This document shows positions 48,352-52,943 of a stretch of 52,943 nucleotides of DNA, in pieces. This stretch comes from Octopus bimaculoides (Eukaryota), in contig NC_068984.1 of the NCBI RefSeq assembly GCF_001194135.2, positions 29,225,726 through 29,278,668 on the forward strand, written 5' to 3'. Both the position numbers and the translations under genes were made by a program. The notes beneath the pieces are model-generated. The model did not search any database, was not told where the DNA came from, and worked only from the letters and a program-made list of their open reading frames with translations. Numbering within the stretch: position 1 is the first letter of the stretch; each line of letters opens with the position of its first letter.

Positions 48352-48567
48352 TCTTTTCTCTTATTTGTGTCAGTCATTTGACTGCGGCCATGCTGGAGTA
48401 CCGCATTTAGTCGAGCAAATCGACACCAGGACTTATTCCTTGTAAGCCTAGTACTTATTCTATCTGTTTATCTTGCCGAACCGCTAGGTGACGGGGACGT
48501 AAACACATCGGTATCGGTTGTCAAGCGATGTTGGGGTGGGGATACAAACACAGACACACAAACACAC

Positions 48568-48598
<31 letters not shown>

Positions 48599-48730
48599 CG
48601 ACAGGCTTCCTTCAGTTTCCGTCTACCAAATCCACTCACAAGGCTTCAGTCGGCTCGAGGCTATAGTTGAAGACACTTGCCAGAACCATGTAGTTGGTAA
48701 GCAAGCTACTTACCACACAGCCACTCCTCC
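48352..48730 (-). mobile_element. SINE family A nested in the Tigger element
   Basis: GTCAGTCATTTGACTGCGGCCATGCTGGAG...CTACTTACCACACAGCC; small deletion in head. Confidence 0.9.
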
Positions 48731-48734
48731 GCCT

Positions 48735-48838
48735 ACAAAGGATGAAAGGTAAAGTCAACTTCGGCGGAATTTGAACTCAGAACGTAAAGACAGACGAAAT
48801 ACCGCCCGGCGTACTAATGTTTCTGCCAGCTCGCCGAC
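48735..48838 (-). mobile_element. SINE family C 5' half nested in the Tigger element
   Basis: GGATGAAAGGTAAAGTCAACTTCGGCGGAATTTGAACTCAG..CTGCCAGCTCGCC. Confidence 0.85.
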
Positions 48839-49539
48839 ATGGTGAAAAATTTTCTGAAAGTTTCTTATTGTAGGTTTATCTTTCCCCTCAATTGCTTTAT
48901 AACTTGTTTCAAAGTTCTCGGAAAATATATGCACTGAAATTACCTTTTGGATCTTGATCCGTTGGCTGAAATAATGAAGTTGCATTCTTGATGATATAGT
49001 TGACTCTTACATAATCAAAAATTCCATTTATGAGCGGTGAGTGGTTTGGTGAATTTTCTGAAAGGATCAACGGTTTGTTGAGAATATTAACCTCGGCAAT
49101 GAACCTCTACTCACCAAGGCAAAACTATTTGTAAACTAGTGTTGGAAAGATCTCGTAGTCATCCCAGACTTCTTACTTGAATTCCAAATCACAGGTAGAT
49201 AGGATGTATCATAGCACTTGAAAATAACCGGCTTTTAGGAATGATACACTTATAGAAGCTTTAATTTTCTATCGCCAACAGTTTTTCATCCCTTTCAAAA
49301 TGTCAAACAATTTTTGAACGTTTTAAAGTCTGGTGGCTATATTTTTAAGCCCTAGTAGTTATACCCTTCCAGAAGCTCAGTTTCGTCAACATTATACACT
49401 CGTCTTGGTACACAACCTCTTCAGTAACAATTTTCAAGAACTCTTCGGGATAATTCGTAGAAACCTCTATCGGCACTTCTCGCTTCATCGGTCATTTTAA
49501 TGTTGTGCAAATTTTGGCGGCTCTTAAACTTTTTAAATA

Positions 49540-50797
49540 ATTGGATCATCCCATAAACAATGCAGTTTTTTTCATACTTCTTTTATTTTTCAAAATTAAG
49601 AAGTTCTTTTATAATCTAAAATATATTTTCCTTCATTTTCTAAAATGCTCTTCCATCTATCTGGTAGACTTGCAAGGCTTCTCTTCCAAATTTCCCTTGT
49701 CCGTGACGAAAAATACTCCTCCAATACTGTTCTGATCTCGTCTACAGAATTCATATTATTTCCGTCCAAATGATTTTGAAGGCTGCGGAATGATAATCAG
49801 ATAGGGCAATGTTCGGCGAATAAGATGAGTGGGACATCGTTTCCCATTCAAACTGCCCCATCCTTTGGAATGTCATCCTCACCGTATGTGACCGAGCATT
49901 ATCCTGATGGAAGAACACCTTTCATTGTGAAACCAAAGATGGTCGTTTTTCTTCTAACTTAAGGTACTCAGGCTACTCGCAGTTGATCTCCTTTGTTATC
50001 GTTTGGTTTGGGTTTAAAAGTTCAAAGTGGACTAAACCTTTCATCTCCCACCAAACAGATAACAACACCTTACGTGGGTGAAAACCTTCTTTATTCTGGT
50101 GTGTCAGTGTTTCTCCTTTCACTACCCATTGTCTTCAGTGCTTGACATTTTTATAGAGAACCCATTTCTCATCACCAGTCACTATTCGGTTCAAAAAAGG
50201 TTCATTCGTGAGACGTGACAGGCAGCAAAGAAGAGCAAACATTTACTCTCTGTGCGCGGCTAGATTCGGAAAGTTTGTGAGGAATCCATTGGCACAACTT
50301 GCTGACTTTTCCGACGGCACGCAGATGTCGATGAATGATTGACTGATCAAATCCTACTAGTTCCACAACAGTTCCGTTGGGATTTTGTTTCACCAGGGTT
50401 TGCAGGACGTCCTGGTCTAGCTCTACAGATCTTCTAGGACGAGGCTCGTCTTCTAGACTGTAGTTTCCGGCTCGGAATTTCTAGAACCACCGTTAACATT
50501 TGGTTTATGCTTATTGTCTGATCCACATAAACTGCATTAATATTCCTCGCACTTTCCGTTGCGTTGTTGGCTTTATTGAACTCATAAAGTAAAATATACC
50601 TTTGTCACTTCCATTATAGCTTTGAAAAAATAACTGTTAAAATCGAACTACACTCTTCAAAACTTGCACCAAGAATAAATACAAGGTAAAATTACTACCT
50701 GCATTTATAACAAATTGCTGCAGGTAGTTTATCCCCTCCTCCTTCGACTTTTAGTTCATGCAATTAAAAAGACCGCATTATTTATGAGACGACCCAA
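49540..50797 (-). mobile_element. Full-length defective mariner (DD34D) element, ~1.26 kb
   Basis: TIRs 49541-49565 and 50773-50797 (20/25 identical), TA flanks; ATG at 50614; motifs YILLYEF, WIPHKL, IVTGDEKW, HPRKVLLSVWW, HQDNARSH, YSPNIALSDYH; stops and frameshifts. Confidence 0.95.
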
Positions 50798-51507
50798 TAG
50801 TTTACACTAGGAAAAGGTTTTGCATAAGAATTTGCAATTCTTTTTTGTGTGCAAATCATTATTCAATCTTTTAGCTTTCGTTTGAATTACCTCTGTGATT
50901 ATTGACACAACACGTCCACTCTAACTGTCGATCTAGACTTCGAAGAGCGGTTCTATTTTAAGTTTCACTTCAAATCTCCGAAGAAACACCGTAGAAGCAT
51001 CGTATAGAGTAGCACTTCGAGCATTCGACCTAATTTTGTCTTTATTGTCACGTATTATATACAAAGTAGATATTGCAAACTTTTTGACTGAGTTTTTTTC
51101 CTCGCAATAAATCGTTGTAAAGCATGAAGATTAACACAACTTTCCAGTTACCACTTCTTTTTGCAATAGTCTCCTTACCGCCACTTAAAGCTTTATTTCC
51201 AGTCACCTTGTAAAATGAAAGTTTGAAGTGAGAGGAAGAACTGTTTGATTGGAGTGAATTAGTGCACACACAAGTAAAATGAGGGATGTTGAAGAGGAAA
51301 TGGACATATGCTGGTAAGGGTGTTGAGATCTACGAAAAGCAAGATTAGTTGAAATGGTGCACGCACAAGCAAAGTGAAGTAGTGGAAGAAGGAATGCATT
51401 GGAATGGCAGCTAGATCTCCCACCAATTTGACTCTACCGTCTTACCAAAAACGGAAGGACACATTGAATATTGTAGTCATGGATATTCAAAAGGTGAAAT
51501 CGCGCGA

Positions 51508-51819
51508 CTTGCTGGTTCGGATAATCGGCTCGCGATCATAAGGTTGTGAGTTCAGTCCCCGGGAGCTCGTTGTGTCCTTGAGCAAAACACTTTATTTCAC
51601 TTTGCTCCAGATCATTCATCTGGCAAAAATGAGTAATACTTGTGTTTCAAAGAGTCACCTTTGATACATTCTGTTTCATTCCGAATATCCCTGAGAACTA
51701 CGTTAAGGGTACGCGCGTCTTCGAAGTGCTGAGCCACTTGCACTTCAATTTCTCGAGCTGGCTGTTCCGTTGAGCAGATCAACTGGAACACTCGTTGCCG
51801 TAAACGACGGATTGGCATC
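51508..51819 (+). mobile_element. SINE family D head with family B tail
   Basis: GTGAGTTCAGTCCC..GTTGTGTCCTTGAGCAAAACAC (CORE-like) then GAGAACTACGTTAAGGGTAC..GGCTGTTCCGTTGA..CAACTGGAAC. Confidence 0.85.
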
Positions 51820-52439
51820 NNNNNNNNNNNNNNNNNNNNNNNNNNNNNNNNNNNNNNNNNNNNNNNNNNNNNNNNNNNNNNNNNNNNNNNNNNNNNNNNN
51901 NNNNNNNNNNNNNNNNNNNNNNNNNNNNNNNNNNNNNNNNNNNNNNNNNNNNNNNNNNNNNNNNNNNNNNNNNNNNNNNNNNNNNNNNNNNNNNNNNNNN
52001 NNNNNNNNNNNNNNNNNNNNNNNNNNNNNNNNNNNNNNNNNNNNNNNNNNNNNNNNNNNNNNNNNNNNNNNNNNNNNNNNNNNNNNNNNNNNNNNNNNNN
52101 NNNNNNNNNNNNNNNNNNNNNNNNNNNNNNNNNNNNNNNNNNNNNNNNNNNNNNNNNNNNNNNNNNNNNNNNNNNNNNNNNNNNNNNNNNNNNNNNNNNN
52201 NNNNNNNNNNNNNNNNNNNNNNNNNNNNNNNNNNNNNNNNNNNNNNNNNNNNNNNNNNNNNNNNNNNNNNNNNNNNNNNNNNNNNNNNNNNNNNNNNNNN
52301 NNNNNNNNNNNNNNNNNNNNNNNNNNNNNNNNNNNNNNNNNNNNNNNNNNNNNNNNNNNNNNNNNNATATATATATATATAAAGAATATACTTGACTCCA
52401 TTTTAACTTCATTGCTATTATTATCGTAATTACTGTTAC

Positions 52440-52943
52440 CTCCCTTCGCCATGTCTGTCATTATTAGACACCATCAACACCACCGCCAACACCGCCAACA
52501 CCATCAACACCAACACAAACCGCCACCAGTTCTAATATCAACATTTCCATCATTATCGTGGTCACCAGCACCACCATTGGCATGACTAATTACTAAGCAC
52601 AAGCGCCACCAGCGTCACCACTACCACAACAGTTGCCACCACTACTAACACCACCGCCACTGCTGCCGTCACTGTTACCACCACTATCAACGTTATCACC
52701 ATCACCACCACCACCACCACCATGATGACTACGACGATGATTACCATCACCAACACCATCAACAACACCACCACCACCGCCATTGCAACCACCATCACCA
52801 CCACCACTACCACCACCACTACTACCATTACCACCACCACCATTACCACCACCACCACTACCACCACCACTACCACCATTACCACCACCACCACCACCAC
52901 CACTACCACCACCACCATCGCAAACACCATCAACAACACCACC
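52440..52943. repeat. (ACC/CAC)n-rich low-complexity tract
   Basis: Degenerate CAC/TAC/CAT triplets to window end. Confidence 0.9.

Larger units (their letters stand above)
47965..51200 (-). pseudogene. Near-complete Tigger/pogo transposase pseudogene, interrupted three times
   Basis: 50800-51200: STLYIIRDNKDKI..VIQTKAKRL (CENP-B HTH); 48845-49537: KFKSRQNLHNIKMT..YNVDETEL..GDRKLK..LPVIWNSSKK..LILSENSPNH..NATSLFQPTDQ (DDE_1); 47965-48345: DNIVESWDAV..AWQNV*PDC..LSNEELMMLEQ. Confidence 0.88.

Noticed and set aside
49030-49340. Second mariner fragment on plus strand
   Set aside because: Minus strand reads convincingly as the Tigger DDE domain, continuous with its neighbours.
52586-52943. Poly-Val ORF (minus) and open Thr-rich mucin-like frame (plus)
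   Set aside because: (ACC)n repeats cannot form stops; no start or acceptor context; similar tracts at 44235-45350 are non-coding.

Overview
AT-rich, gappy (9 N-runs), microsatellite-saturated eukaryotic DNA, almost entirely transposon-derived. The SINE repertoire and repeat style suggest an octopod cephalopod, probably Octopus (inference from recalled repeat motifs, no database search). I recognise no intact host protein-coding gene, rRNA, true tRNA, CRISPR or prokaryotic feature; the long ORF-track entries are artefacts of (CA)n/(TA)n/(ACC)n repeats and N-runs. Supported content: about 45 copies of at least five tRNA-derived SINE-like families (working labels A-F are mine); decayed DNA transposons (near-complete mariner nested in a Tigger/pogo, a Tc1, a maT-like 5' end, hAT MITEs); non-LTR fragments (two R4/Dong 3' ends in (AAT)n, a CRE-like endonuclease C-terminus, a Penelope-like element); and several Penelope-type minimal hammerhead ribozyme motifs in short non-coding elements. 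The best lead is a ~475-bp palindromic element (33120-33595) joining a tRNA-like Pol III head, (AAT)n spacers and two inverted hammerhead-bearing arms, plus a second 128-bp hammerhead element with a 12-bp target-site duplication and a non-canonical core. Also an old local duplication and a chain of candidate plus-strand exons. Coordinates of decayed repeats are approximate (about +/-20 bp) unless TSD/TIR positions are given.
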